DNA from: Marispirochaeta sp.
GTDB lineage: Bacteria; Spirochaetota; Spirochaetia; JC444; Marispirochaetaceae
Assembly: GCA_963676835.2 (NCBI GenBank)
Contig: CAXXFF010000003.1
Location: forward strand, 608,001 to 672,000
Reading direction: 5' to 3'
Length of the DNA stretch: 64,000 bases
Part shown: positions 37,121-46,628 of the stretch, piece by piece
Numbering within the stretch: the stretch's first letter is position 1
Layout: the number at the start of each line of letters is the position of its first letter
Translations under genes and position numbers: made by a program
The notes under the pieces: generated by a model
Told to the model about the DNA's origin: nothing
The model's database searches: none
What the model saw: only the letters and a program-made list of their open reading frames with translations

Positions 37121-39267
37121 TCCGCTTTGATTTTCTGAAAACCGTGGATATCTTTAAATCCCTTGACCGCTACGAACTGGAAAACCTGTCGGGCTTCCTT
37201 ACCCGCCGGGCTATTTATCGTGACGAGATCCTTTTTCATGAAGGCGATGACGGGGATGAACTCTATATAGTCTATAAAGGCAGGCTGGGAGTTTCAGTGG
37301 AGCTTCCCAGCGGAGACAGCGTGGAAGTTGCCGAGTTCGGACCGGGAGATTTTTTCGGTGAGATGAGCATTTTCCAGCAGGAACCCCGTTCTGCCGCCTG
37401 TGTGGTAAAAGAGAACGGAGTGCTTCTTTCCCTCAAGGCGGACGACTTTTTCCGCCTTGGCGACACCCGTCCCCGGACGTCAGTCCGTATTATCCACAGA
37501 ATGCTGGACATTACCGTAAGCCGTCTGCGTAATACCAACGGACTGCTTTCGGATATGGTACAGTGGGGCGAAGAGGCCAGCCGAAGAGCAGCCACAGATG
37601 AGCATACAGGTCTGTATAACCGGGAGTTCTTTGACACGACCCTTAAACAGCGTTTACGGGAAAGCAGGAGAAGAAAGGAACCCCTATGCCTTGCCATGGT
37701 AGATCTTGACAGATTCGGTAAGCTTAATGAACAATATGGAGAGGCACTGTGCGACAGTATACTGAAAACCTGTGCCGGGGTATTTACGGAGGTTTTTTCG
37801 GAACGGGATATAATTACCCGCTACGGAGGAGACGAATTTGCCATTATTTTACCAGGCAGATCCATTACGGAAGCCGCGGAACTCTGCACCAGGGTTTGCC
37901 GTGGAATACGAAATGCAGAGGCTAAGGATAATTCCGGAAAGAAGATTTCCCTGACAGCGAGTATCGGAGTTGCATCGGTACAGCGGCAGAGAATTTCCGG
38001 TGAGGAATTGATTCGAAGAGCGGACGAATCATTATATCAGGCAAAAGATGCCGGCAGAGACCGTTCAGTCTGCTACGGGGTAAGAAAGGACAAACCAATG
38101 AAAAAGTCGGATATTACCAGCATTGCCCAGAAAAACCGGATTACCAGGAATATCGCCAGAGCTATGCAGGAAGGTGAAACATTCCTCATCCTGGGTCACC
38201 ATAACCCCGATGAAGACTGTATTGCATCCATGGTCTCTATTTCTCTGCTTTTGAAAAAGCTGAATAAAAGTGTTTTTATACTTCTTACTGAAGAGGTTCA
38301 TGAACGCTATCACTACCTGCTGAATATCTGCCGTTATAATGCAATCCGCACAATATCAGACTGCAGTGAGGTCGATGATCACTTCGACACCATCTGCGTG
38401 GTTGATACACCAAAACCGGCAATGCTTCAGACATGCCCTTCTGCGGACAGACTCCTGAAGTCCCCCGAAGTCCGTATTCTCGAATTTGATCACCATCTCG
38501 CGGCCGACTCAGCCTATATTGCACCCCTGCAGTATGCCCTTGTGGCTGATGCATCCTCCACCTGTGAGCATATCGGGTATCTGGCTCTTAAAATGTGCCT
38601 GCGCCCGGAACTGGCTGGAAATATAGATACGGAACATCTTTTTACCCGCAATTTTGTCCTTGCGGTTCTTACGGGGATTGTCGGGGACTCCAAGATGGGA
38701 AAATACATCAAGAACAGAAAAGAACAGTGGTATTACGACCTTTTCAGTACTACCTTTGCCCATCTTCTGGAAGAGACAACCGAAAAAGGCTCCTCCAACC
38801 TTTCCAATATTGATGAAGTTTTTGATGAGATTACCCGGCTTTCAAAGCTTGAAGAACTCTGTTTCTCCTGGTTTATGGAGGATATCGGCGAATCACCCCT
38901 GGTCCACTACAGCCTTCTGCCCAGGAAACACACAAATCCGCTGCCCCCGGATATAGACCTCGATCTTTTGATCAACACCGCCCGGGCAGTTACGGACTCC
39001 ATGGCCGAAAAGAGCGGCAAACTCGGAATGGTGGTCTATTATGACCCCCTTGAAAAGAGTGATCTTATTCAGTTCAGGCTGCGCCGCAGTCACACCTACC
39101 GGGGGCTGGACTTGAGAAACATCCTTTCAGAAGCAGGGATTACCAATGGCGGCGGCCATGAAGGGGCTGTAGGCTTTCGGATTCCCCGGACAGAGGTTCC
39201 GGATCTGCAGGCCTTTGTAGACTCCCTGATACGTATCATCGAAGGACTTGCGGAGAACTCCGCCTAA
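37117..39267 (+). CDS. cNMP-binding + GGDEF + DHH/DHHA1 phosphoesterase fusion
   Basis: FFGEM..EPRSA; RYGGDEF; GHHNPDED, VVDT, FDHH, SSTCE, GIVGDS, GGGHEGA. Confidence 0.88.
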   Translation: MIRFDFLKTVDIFKSLDRYELENLSGFLTRRAIYRDEILFHEGDDGDELYIVYKGRLGVSVELPSGDSVEVAEFGPGDFFGEMSIFQQEPRSAACVVKENGVLLSLKADDFFRLGDTRPRTSVRIIHRMLDITVSRLRNTNGLLSDMVQWGEEASRRAATDEHTGLYNREFFDTTLKQRLRESRRRKEPLCLAMVDLDRFGKLNEQYGEALCDSILKTCAGVFTEVFSERDIITRYGGDEFAIILPGRSITEAAELCTRVCRGIRNAEAKDNSGKKISLTASIGVASVQRQRISGEELIRRADESLYQAKDAGRDRSVCYGVRKDKPMKKSDITSIAQKNRITRNIARAMQEGETFLILGHHNPDEDCIASMVSISLLLKKLNKSVFILLTEEVHERYHYLLNICRYNAIRTISDCSEVDDHFDTICVVDTPKPAMLQTCPSADRLLKSPEVRILEFDHHLAADSAYIAPLQYALVADASSTCEHIGYLALKMCLRPELAGNIDTEHLFTRNFVLAVLTGIVGDSKMGKYIKNRKEQWYYDLFSTTFAHLLEETTEKGSSNLSNIDEVFDEITRLSKLEELCFSWFMEDIGESPLVHYSLLPRKHTNPLPPDIDLDLLINTARAVTDSMAEKSGKLGMVVYYDPLEKSDLIQFRLRRSHTYRGLDLRNILSEAGITNGGGHEGAVGFRIPRTEVPDLQAFVDSLIRIIEGLAENSA

Positions 39268-40220
39268 CTCTTCTTTTGTGAAGTCACATGCAGAAACTTT
39301 ACAAACACCTCTTTCCTGTCCAGAGATTCAGCAAGAACTTCGCCGTTAATCCAGACACCGCCGGGCTTATCCTGGTGAGAGAAAAAGATGCGAAGATCCA
39401 TAAAGCGGGTAAGCACTCCATCGGGATTTTCAATAAATGCACCCTTCCGGGTTATCCGGTAGAGAGAGGTCTTTACCGGGGCCCCTTCCTTTCCGTCGAT
39501 TTTAATAAACACCTTAAAATCCCGATTCTGCTTTTTCCCCGATACCTCACCCCAGCGGGTTACCGGTATTTCATCAGAATGTTTTAACACCAGACGTTCC
39601 GGACTTCCCTTTGTCTCAGGTCTGGTAACAAACGCGAGAATACCTGTCCGGTGAGGAATGTGAATTACCATGAAAGAATCCTGAAATGGCAGGGATTTTC
39701 CCTCCAGGGTAAAGCTCTCTTTTGAAGCGGCTGTTACCCGGGCGTCTATTATTTTTCCATTGGAAGCCTCTATTTTAACCGGAGTTCCCGGAACAAGACT
39801 TCTGGTACCTTCTCTGCTCTTTTCTACCACAGGAGAGAGAAACCCGGCCTTCTCCCCTATACGCTGCATCATATCTGCGGAAAAAACTGCCTTCTGCTGT
39901 TTTTTCAGTTCTTCACAGCAGTTCTGAAAGGTATTCTCATTGCTTACAATAAGGTACTTCTTCCAGGGCTTATCAAGACAGCCGGAAAGGCTATCGATAA
40001 AATCAAGCTCATTTATGGTCAGATCGAGAACGCGTATTCTGTCCCTGTAGAGCCTCTGTGCAAGCTTTCTGTTGGCAGCAGCCTGTCTGCGCTTAACAAG
40101 TACTGCGGTAATCAGCAGAAAAATTAGAAAGCCCGCAAGAATACTTAAACCAAGACTCACATAGCTGGGACTCTTCTGAAACCCCTGCGCCAGAGCCTGA
40201 ATAAAATCACTAATAGACAT
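39264..40220 (-). CDS. Membrane-anchored hypothetical protein, possibly degenerate PilZ-like
   Basis: Single N-terminal TM; beta-rich C-terminus; canonical PilZ motifs not intact. Confidence 0.6.
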   Translation of the reverse strand: MSISDFIQALAQGFQKSPSYVSLGLSILAGFLIFLLITAVLVKRRQAAANRKLAQRLYRDRIRVLDLTINELDFIDSLSGCLDKPWKKYLIVSNENTFQNCCEELKKQQKAVFSADMMQRIGEKAGFLSPVVEKSREGTRSLVPGTPVKIEASNGKIIDARVTAASKESFTLEGKSLPFQDSFMVIHIPHRTGILAFVTRPETKGSPERLVLKHSDEIPVTRWGEVSGKKQNRDFKVFIKIDGKEGAPVKTSLYRITRKGAFIENPDGVLTRFMDLRIFFSHQDKPGGVWINGEVLAESLDRKEVFVKFLHVTSQKKS

Positions 40221-40321
40221 TACCCGCTACCCCCGAAAAACATTCACTCTGAACCATTATAGCAGATAAAACCCCTCAGGCGGTAATGGACAGAAAAAAC
40301 AGCCCACCGTAGAATGTGCGG

Positions 40322-41533
40322 ATGAAGAAGACCGCCGTTATCGGAGCAGGCCCCGCAGGCTTTATGGCTGCCATCCATGCCGCAGAGTGCGGTGAGGTTG
40401 TTCTCTTTGAGAAAATGGGCTCTCCTGCCCGCAAGCTGTTAATCAGCGGATCCGGACAGTGCAATATTACCCATGCCGGATCTCCGGGAGATTTTATTCA
40501 TCACTACGGCTATGCCGGTAAATTCCTGAGACCCGCCCTGTTCGCATTTACTCCGGAGAATCTTACAGCGTTTTTCGTTTCCGACGGATTACGATTTGTA
40601 ACAGAAAACAACGGCAAGATTTTCCCTTCAAGCCGCAAAGCCCGGGACGTACTGCAGGTTCTGAAAAACAGGGCGGAAGCGAAAGGTATTATCCTTAAGA
40701 CCGCCGTAGAAATTATCAACATTGAACATAAAAACCAGGAGTTTGAGATTGTAACCTCCCGCAGGACTGAAGGCCCCTTTACGCACCTTATACTGGCCTG
40801 CGGCGGTAAATCCTACCCCACCACCGGATCAGACGGCAGCGGATACAAACTGGCATCAGACCTGGGACACAGCATCGTGGAACCCCGCCCGGCGTTGACG
40901 GACATCCGGATAAAATCATTTCCCCTCTCGAAAGCAGCGGGGTCATCATACTCAGGAATCAACCTGATTGCTCTGTCAGAGGGGAAGACCCTCTTTAAAA
41001 AAGAGGGGGAGCTGCTGATTACCCACAACGGGTTTTCCGGCCCTCTTATTCTTGATAATTCCCGCTCTATGAAAACCGGTGACCAGGTAATTCCCGACTT
41101 CTGCGGCCTTGGTGAGAATGCGGATCCTATCCTCAGGGACCACTGCAGCCGGGAAGGAAACCGGCAGATAAGCAGCCTCTCCTCCATGTTTACCGCAAGT
41201 GCCGCTCTTTTTACCCTGCTCATGGAACAGGCCGGAATTGACACCGGGGCGAAACTTGCAGAAGTATCAAAAAAACAGCGAAAAACCATCCTTTCCGCGC
41301 TGCGGGAGCAGGAGTATGAGATTTCCGGACTTGGTGATTTTTCCAGGGCCATGGCAACTGCTGGAGGCGTTTCAAGAAATGAGATCAATCCCAAAACCAT
41401 GGAGAGCAGGATTGTTCCGGGGCTCTATTTTGCCGGTGAAATGATTGATATAGACGGAGATACCGGCGGCTATAATCTGCAGGCTGCATTCTCCACCGGG
41501 GAACTGGCGGGAAGATCAATCTGCGGGACCTGA
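40322..41533 (+). CDS. HI0933/BaiN-family FAD-dependent oxidoreductase
   Basis: GAGPAG, KLLISGSGQCNITH, GGKSYPTTGSDG, ATAGGV, GDTGGYNLQAAFSTG. Confidence 0.93.
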   Translation: MKKTAVIGAGPAGFMAAIHAAECGEVVLFEKMGSPARKLLISGSGQCNITHAGSPGDFIHHYGYAGKFLRPALFAFTPENLTAFFVSDGLRFVTENNGKIFPSSRKARDVLQVLKNRAEAKGIILKTAVEIINIEHKNQEFEIVTSRRTEGPFTHLILACGGKSYPTTGSDGSGYKLASDLGHSIVEPRPALTDIRIKSFPLSKAAGSSYSGINLIALSEGKTLFKKEGELLITHNGFSGPLILDNSRSMKTGDQVIPDFCGLGENADPILRDHCSREGNRQISSLSSMFTASAALFTLLMEQAGIDTGAKLAEVSKKQRKTILSALREQEYEISGLGDFSRAMATAGGVSRNEINPKTMESRIVPGLYFAGEMIDIDGDTGGYNLQAAFSTGELAGRSICGT

Positions 41534-41539
41534 TAACTG

Positions 41540-41938
41540 CTACCTTCTCTTCTTAAAGGGTGGAAACAGAACAAAAAGGGCGGCAACAAGCAGTCCGAAG
41601 CCGGTGTAAAGAACTATAAAAAACCAATCCGGCAGATTATAAAACATAAACTTGCGTATAATCCTGCCTACAAAGGTAATATCGCCTTCAGCAGTCTGAC
41701 CTGCAAGCATCCTCAGGCGGTATTCCCAGACAGTGAGCGGGCACCACATACCAATAACTGATTCAAAAGCAACAAAAAGCACCGAGACAAGATGAGCAAT
41801 TCTGAACGGTACATTGTGGATGAGATCACATTTAAGAATACCGCCGATAAGGGTTATGACTGCACTGCCTAGAGTAAACAGAAGAAAAGCAAAATGAAGA
41901 ATCAGAATAATATCTGCAAGTAGAGCGTATACTGCCAT
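41540..41938 (-). CDS. DUF2784-like membrane protein
   Basis: LADIILILH, FRIAHL, CPLTVWE..LR. Confidence 0.8.
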   Translation of the reverse strand: MAVYALLADIILILHFAFLLFTLGSAVITLIGGILKCDLIHNVPFRIAHLVSVLFVAFESVIGMWCPLTVWEYRLRMLAGQTAEGDITFVGRIIRKFMFYNLPDWFFIVLYTGFGLLVAALFVLFPPFKKRR

Positions 41939-41962
41939 ACCCCCGTATTTTATCAGAGACTG

Positions 41963-42331
41963 CTATTCCAGGACAGTAAAACGACCCCACATGCCCATGG
42001 CACGGTGGTTTCCAACGCTGCAATAGAACTCAAAACTGCCGGCAGTGTCTGCGGAAAATTCAACAGTCTGCGATTTTCCACCAGGCATTTTTGCTGTGGC
42101 AGCACCAAATTCATCCAGAACCCAGTCGTGAAACCCGCCGCCATTTTCATAGGTCAGCCGGACAGTATCACCTTTTTTGACTACAATCTCTGCTGGAATA
42201 AAGGTAAAACCCTGGTTTGTGACCTTTATCTCTTTTATACCTGGGCCATCAGCAGAGAGATCAACCTTTTCCTGTGCAGCAAGGGGCATGAGCATTGTAA
42301 TCAGCAATGCAAAAGTAACTAATGTTTTCAT
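41963..42331 (-). CDS. Secreted cupredoxin-domain protein
   Basis: Signal peptide from MKTLV (ATG 42331); type-1 Cu ligands H...YCSVGNHRAMGM. Confidence 0.88.
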   Translation of the reverse strand: MKTLVTFALLITMLMPLAAQEKVDLSADGPGIKEIKVTNQGFTFIPAEIVVKKGDTVRLTYENGGGFHDWVLDEFGAATAKMPGGKSQTVEFSADTAGSFEFYCSVGNHRAMGMWGRFTVLE

Positions 42332-42362
42332 AGGTATAAATTCTCTATCATGACTATATTTG

Positions 42363-42851
42363 TCAAGTTTTTCTCGCCATAAGAAGCAGCATAGCCCCGG
42401 TTCCAGCCGCAGCCGCCACCAGATACTGGTAGATAAAGAGTACCGGGACCAGACCTGACAGAATACCTGCTGCAATCTGCACAATTCCACCCGCAACCAG
42501 CAGGCGGGGCGACCACCACAGCGCATTCAGAATAAACGCAGTTCCCATGAGTATCAGCCAGAAGGGGCCAAGATAGCTGATGAGAATCATTACAGGCGTC
42601 CATTTAAATACAAGGAAAGAAAGCCCCATACCCACAGCAAGAACAAAAAGCCAGAGCAGCATAATTTTACGCATCTTAGGAGACTTCATAGGCATATACA
42701 TCACCATGGGGATTATTCCTGCAATGGTCAGTACCAGCCACACCCAGTTAACCCTCGGATCAGGCCAGAAATGCGTAATCAGCCATCCGGAAAGTTCAAC
42801 CAAGGCCCAGACAAAAAAAACTATACGCGGTTTGGTCCAGAAATGTTTCAT
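42363..42851 (-). CDS. Hypothetical polytopic membrane protein
   Basis: About 6 short hydrophobic segments. Confidence 0.7.
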   Translation of the reverse strand: MKHFWTKPRIVFFVWALVELSGWLITHFWPDPRVNWVWLVLTIAGIIPMVMYMPMKSPKMRKIMLLWLFVLAVGMGLSFLVFKWTPVMILISYLGPFWLILMGTAFILNALWWSPRLLVAGGIVQIAAGILSGLVPVLFIYQYLVAAAAGTGAMLLLMARKT

Positions 42852-42906
42852 ACTTTGAATATACTAAACTTTTATACTCAGGTTTAACTTACTTGCGTTA
42901 CTCCCG

Positions 42907-43776
42907 GTGATTGACTATATTAGGCCAATGATATCCCTTGGAGTCCCCCTCACCGGGACGGTAAAAAGCATCGGTAGCGGAACCTGTATACTCACAGTAG
43001 AGGGAACCGATGTTCCCATGAATATCTGGGAGCTCCCGCCTAAGAGCAAGCCCGGTAAAGAGTTTACTGTATTTGTCTACAATGATGCCAAAGAGAGCTA
43101 CAAAGCAACACGGCAGACACCCCTGGCAGGGTTGAATGAGTTTGCCGTTCTTACAGTAAAAGAGGTTAAGCCCTGGGGAGCTTTCCTCGAATGGGGTATT
43201 CCCAAAGACCTGTTTCTGCCGGAACGGGAAATGTCCGGTCCAATCAATCCCGGACAGAAGGTTATTATACGGGTTGTCCTGGACCATGAGAAAACAGGCC
43301 TTATTGCCACTTCAAAACTTGATTCTCACTTTAACTATGAGACTTCAACGCTTAATACCGGGGATGAGGTTGAAATGCTGGTCTTTGCCAGCACAAAACT
43401 CGGCTATCCAGTACTAGTGAATAACCAATACCGGGGAATGCTTTACCGGAATGAAGTCTTCACAAACCTCGATTTGGGACAGAAGGTTACGGGAATAATA
43501 AAAAATATCCGCGAAGACGGCCGGCTGGACTGCTCCCTGCAGCAGGTTGGTTTTGTTCCGGCTATGGAAGATGCAAAAGAGACCTTGCTGAATACCCTCG
43601 ACTCCTTTAACGGCTTTCTTCCTCTTACCGACAAGAGCAGCCCCGATGAAATAGCCTCCATCCTCTCCATGAGCAAGAAGAATTTCAAAAAAGCCCTGGG
43701 GATTCTCTACAAGGAAAGAGTGGTCCGAATAGACAAAGATGGAATCCGGCTGGCAAAAAAGAGAAGGCAGAAATAA
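42907..43776 (+). CDS. cvfB: CvfB/YitL-family S1 RNA-binding protein
   Basis: VFVYND, GAFLEWGIPKDLFLP, DKSSPDEI, MSKKNFKKALG. Confidence 0.9.
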   Translation: MIDYIRPMISLGVPLTGTVKSIGSGTCILTVEGTDVPMNIWELPPKSKPGKEFTVFVYNDAKESYKATRQTPLAGLNEFAVLTVKEVKPWGAFLEWGIPKDLFLPEREMSGPINPGQKVIIRVVLDHEKTGLIATSKLDSHFNYETSTLNTGDEVEMLVFASTKLGYPVLVNNQYRGMLYRNEVFTNLDLGQKVTGIIKNIREDGRLDCSLQQVGFVPAMEDAKETLLNTLDSFNGFLPLTDKSSPDEIASILSMSKKNFKKALGILYKERVVRIDKDGIRLAKKRRQK

Positions 43777-43837
43777 ATATTTTCCGCCCCATTGAAATTA
43801 CGACTGAAATGCTTACAATTACTGGTGTGGTTTGGAC

Positions 43838-45967
43838 ATGAAACTTCATAAAACAGGGCTGGTTGCTTTTTACCTGTTGCTCATCCTTACAGTAGTATTA
43901 CCCGTCTACCCCGATGCCCCTCAGCAAACAATATTAATCCTTAACTCATATCACAGTGGATACCCCTGGTCCGATTCCATTGTACAGGGAATAAAATCAG
44001 TAATTCCCCCGGAGATACAGATTTCCATAGAGTATATGGATACCAAGCGCTTCAGTTATGCAAGGATGGAACCTCATATTCATGATTTTCTCCATGAGAA
44101 ATACCGGGAGAAACTGCCTGCCGGTATAATTTCCACCGACGATAATGCTCTCACTTTTTTGCTGGCACATCATGAGGATATTTTCCCCAATGTACCGCTT
44201 GTTTTCTGCGGTGTAAATCAGACACCTCCGGATCTTCACCTCCACCGTGACCATACCACCGGTCTTTTTGAAAACAATGAACACAGGGAAACCCTGCTCA
44301 CCGCACTCAAACTTCTTCCCAGGACAAAGAAAATCTACTTTATTAATGACAATACTGTCAGTGGAACAGTACAGTACAATAAAATACGGGCCATTGCAGA
44401 GGCAGACCTTACCGGATTAGAAACTGTTTTCTTAAATGAAGACAGGAGAATTAATCTTGAACGAATATATACTGCCCTGAAGAATGCACCTCCTGACAGT
44501 ATGGTCTACTTTGCCGACCTGAATATAGATGACCGTGAAAACACCATTGATTACCAGGTTGTTCTGCCGGAACTCACCAGCGCCTATTCTCCCCCTGTCT
44601 TCGCCTCCATTGACACTTATCTTCCCTACGGAATAGTCGGCGGGAAAGTTACCTCCGGCTTTCATCAGGGAGAGCTTGCCGCCAAAATGGTGCTGGAAAC
44701 CCTTAATGGAAAACCGCCAGGGGAAATTTCCATTGAAAGTACCCTGCCCAACAGATACATATTCAATGCAAAACAGCTGAAGCGCTTCGGGATTTCCCGT
44801 GACAGCCTTCCCGCAAATAGCATCCTTATCAATAATGAGCCCTCTGTATTTATTCAGGCCCTTGGCTGGATTCTTCCCGTACTGCTGATGGCTCTTTTTT
44901 TCTTTATTCTTGCATCAGCACTTCTATTCAATATGTACAGGAGGAGAAAAGCGGAAAAGGCCCTGGCCTATGAACAGATGCTCATTAAATCCATGCTCGA
45001 TAATATTCCCGATCATATCTACTTCAAGGATGAAAAGAGCAGGTATCTTAAAATCAATGCAGCCATGGCACGGTATTTCGGCTTGCAAAATCCGGAGGAT
45101 GCAGAAGGATTAAGCAACAAAGATTTCCTTCCCGGGGACTATGCTGTTTTCATGCAGGAAACCGAGAAGAAAATTTTTGAGTCGGGCCATCCTGTAACAA
45201 TAGAGGAAGCATCCTTCACGGCGATAGGAAAGCCGCTCCGCTGGGAGTCCAATATAAAAATTCCCCTTATTAACGAAAAGGGAGAAACCATTGGAACAAT
45301 GGGAGTATCAAGGGATATTTCACAGCAGAAGACGATTAAAGAGGAGCTTGAAAAGTCACTTCACGAAAAGGAAGTGCTCCTCCGTGAGATACACCACAGG
45401 GTAAAGAACAATCTCACCATGATTGTAAGCCTGATCAGCCTGCAGGAAGGTGATATAGAAGATCCCCATACCGTGTCGTTCTATGCTTCCTTAAGAAACC
45501 GTATTCACTCCATTTCATTGATTCATGAAAGAATTTACCGGAGCAGTGATTTTACCCGGATAAATATCAAAGAATATATCGAGGACCTGTCGCAATCCAT
45601 TGCTGCTGCCTTCGGCAGTCAGTATTCCGACCTTACCATCGATATTGATGCTGATGAAACATCCCTGGTTCTGGAAAAGGCTATTCCCGCAGGGATTATT
45701 CTGAACGAGCTTATAACCAACTCCCTTAAGCATGGCATGAACAATGATGGGAAAAACATCCTTGCCATAGCATCACATAAAGAAGGGAACCTACTGATAA
45801 TAACTGTCCGCGATATGGGGAGCGGTTTTCCGGAATCATTCAAGCCGGAACAATCCAGCTCCCTGGGATTCAGACTTATACAGGCGCTGACTGCTCAACT
45901 GGATGGAACATTTATATGGAGCAACAGCGAGGGTGCAGAGAGCCGTATATCATTTCCCCTGGATTGA
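43838..45967 (+). CDS. Sensor histidine kinase (periplasmic binding domain, PAS, HisKA_2)
   Basis: ILNSYH..YPW; PAS IYFKD; EIHHRVKNNL, NELITNSLKH, SLG. Confidence 0.92.
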   Translation: MKLHKTGLVAFYLLLILTVVLPVYPDAPQQTILILNSYHSGYPWSDSIVQGIKSVIPPEIQISIEYMDTKRFSYARMEPHIHDFLHEKYREKLPAGIISTDDNALTFLLAHHEDIFPNVPLVFCGVNQTPPDLHLHRDHTTGLFENNEHRETLLTALKLLPRTKKIYFINDNTVSGTVQYNKIRAIAEADLTGLETVFLNEDRRINLERIYTALKNAPPDSMVYFADLNIDDRENTIDYQVVLPELTSAYSPPVFASIDTYLPYGIVGGKVTSGFHQGELAAKMVLETLNGKPPGEISIESTLPNRYIFNAKQLKRFGISRDSLPANSILINNEPSVFIQALGWILPVLLMALFFFILASALLFNMYRRRKAEKALAYEQMLIKSMLDNIPDHIYFKDEKSRYLKINAAMARYFGLQNPEDAEGLSNKDFLPGDYAVFMQETEKKIFESGHPVTIEEASFTAIGKPLRWESNIKIPLINEKGETIGTMGVSRDISQQKTIKEELEKSLHEKEVLLREIHHRVKNNLTMIVSLISLQEGDIEDPHTVSFYASLRNRIHSISLIHERIYRSSDFTRINIKEYIEDLSQSIAAAFGSQYSDLTIDIDADETSLVLEKAIPAGIILNELITNSLKHGMNNDGKNILAIASHKEGNLLIITVRDMGSGFPESFKPEQSSSLGFRLIQALTAQLDGTFIWSNSEGAESRISFPLD

Positions 45968-45978
45968 CGGAACAACAG

Positions 45979-46554
45979 TTAGTAAGATGCAGTTCCGTCA
46001 AGGATCAAGTCTGCACAGAGCTGCGGATTATGTAATGAGAAATAGTTTTCCTCCCAGGGAATCCATTCAGTCTGCCATTTTTCCTGCTTCCACGCTGGAT
46101 CCCTGCGCAGGATGCGTTTGAGACGTTCATCAGACGGAATAGTTATAAACAGTTTATAGCTGTAATAGTCCCGCAGTTCTTTCCGCAGGGAGGAAACTCC
46201 CTCAACTACAACCAGCCCGGAAAGGTTATAGGACCGCTCGCTGCCGTAACTGCCGGCAGCGCAGTCAAAAGGAGCGCTGTCTACATTGGAACTTCCGAGG
46301 TTTTTCAGTATTTCAGCTTCCAGCCTCTCCCATTCGATATTTCCCATTGGTTCAGCAAGGCGTGACTCAGACCGCTTCTCAAAGGGCAGGAAGAAATCAT
46401 CCACATGGATAACTTCCGCCGGAAGCTCCGCTGCTATTCGTTCTGCCAGAGTTGTTTTTCCTGAAGTTCCCGGACCATCAATTGCAAGGCAAAAAGGCTC
46501 TTCTTTACGGGAGGCGAGGTATTCAATTAGTTGATCTGCCGATTTCACAGCCAT
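45979..46554 (-). CDS. Uridine kinase-like P-loop protein
   Basis: IDGPGTSGKTT, HVDDF, VVEGV, RILRRD. Confidence 0.82.
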   Translation of the reverse strand: MAVKSADQLIEYLASRKEEPFCLAIDGPGTSGKTTLAERIAAELPAEVIHVDDFFLPFEKRSESRLAEPMGNIEWERLEAEILKNLGSSNVDSAPFDCAAGSYGSERSYNLSGLVVVEGVSSLRKELRDYYSYKLFITIPSDERLKRILRRDPAWKQEKWQTEWIPWEENYFSLHNPQLCADLILDGTASY

Positions 46555-46628
46555 ACAGTACCGCTACACCCCACGTATTGTAAAGCGCATGGCTGTGGTA
46601 CTACTATGAAGATCAGAAAGAGGTATGC

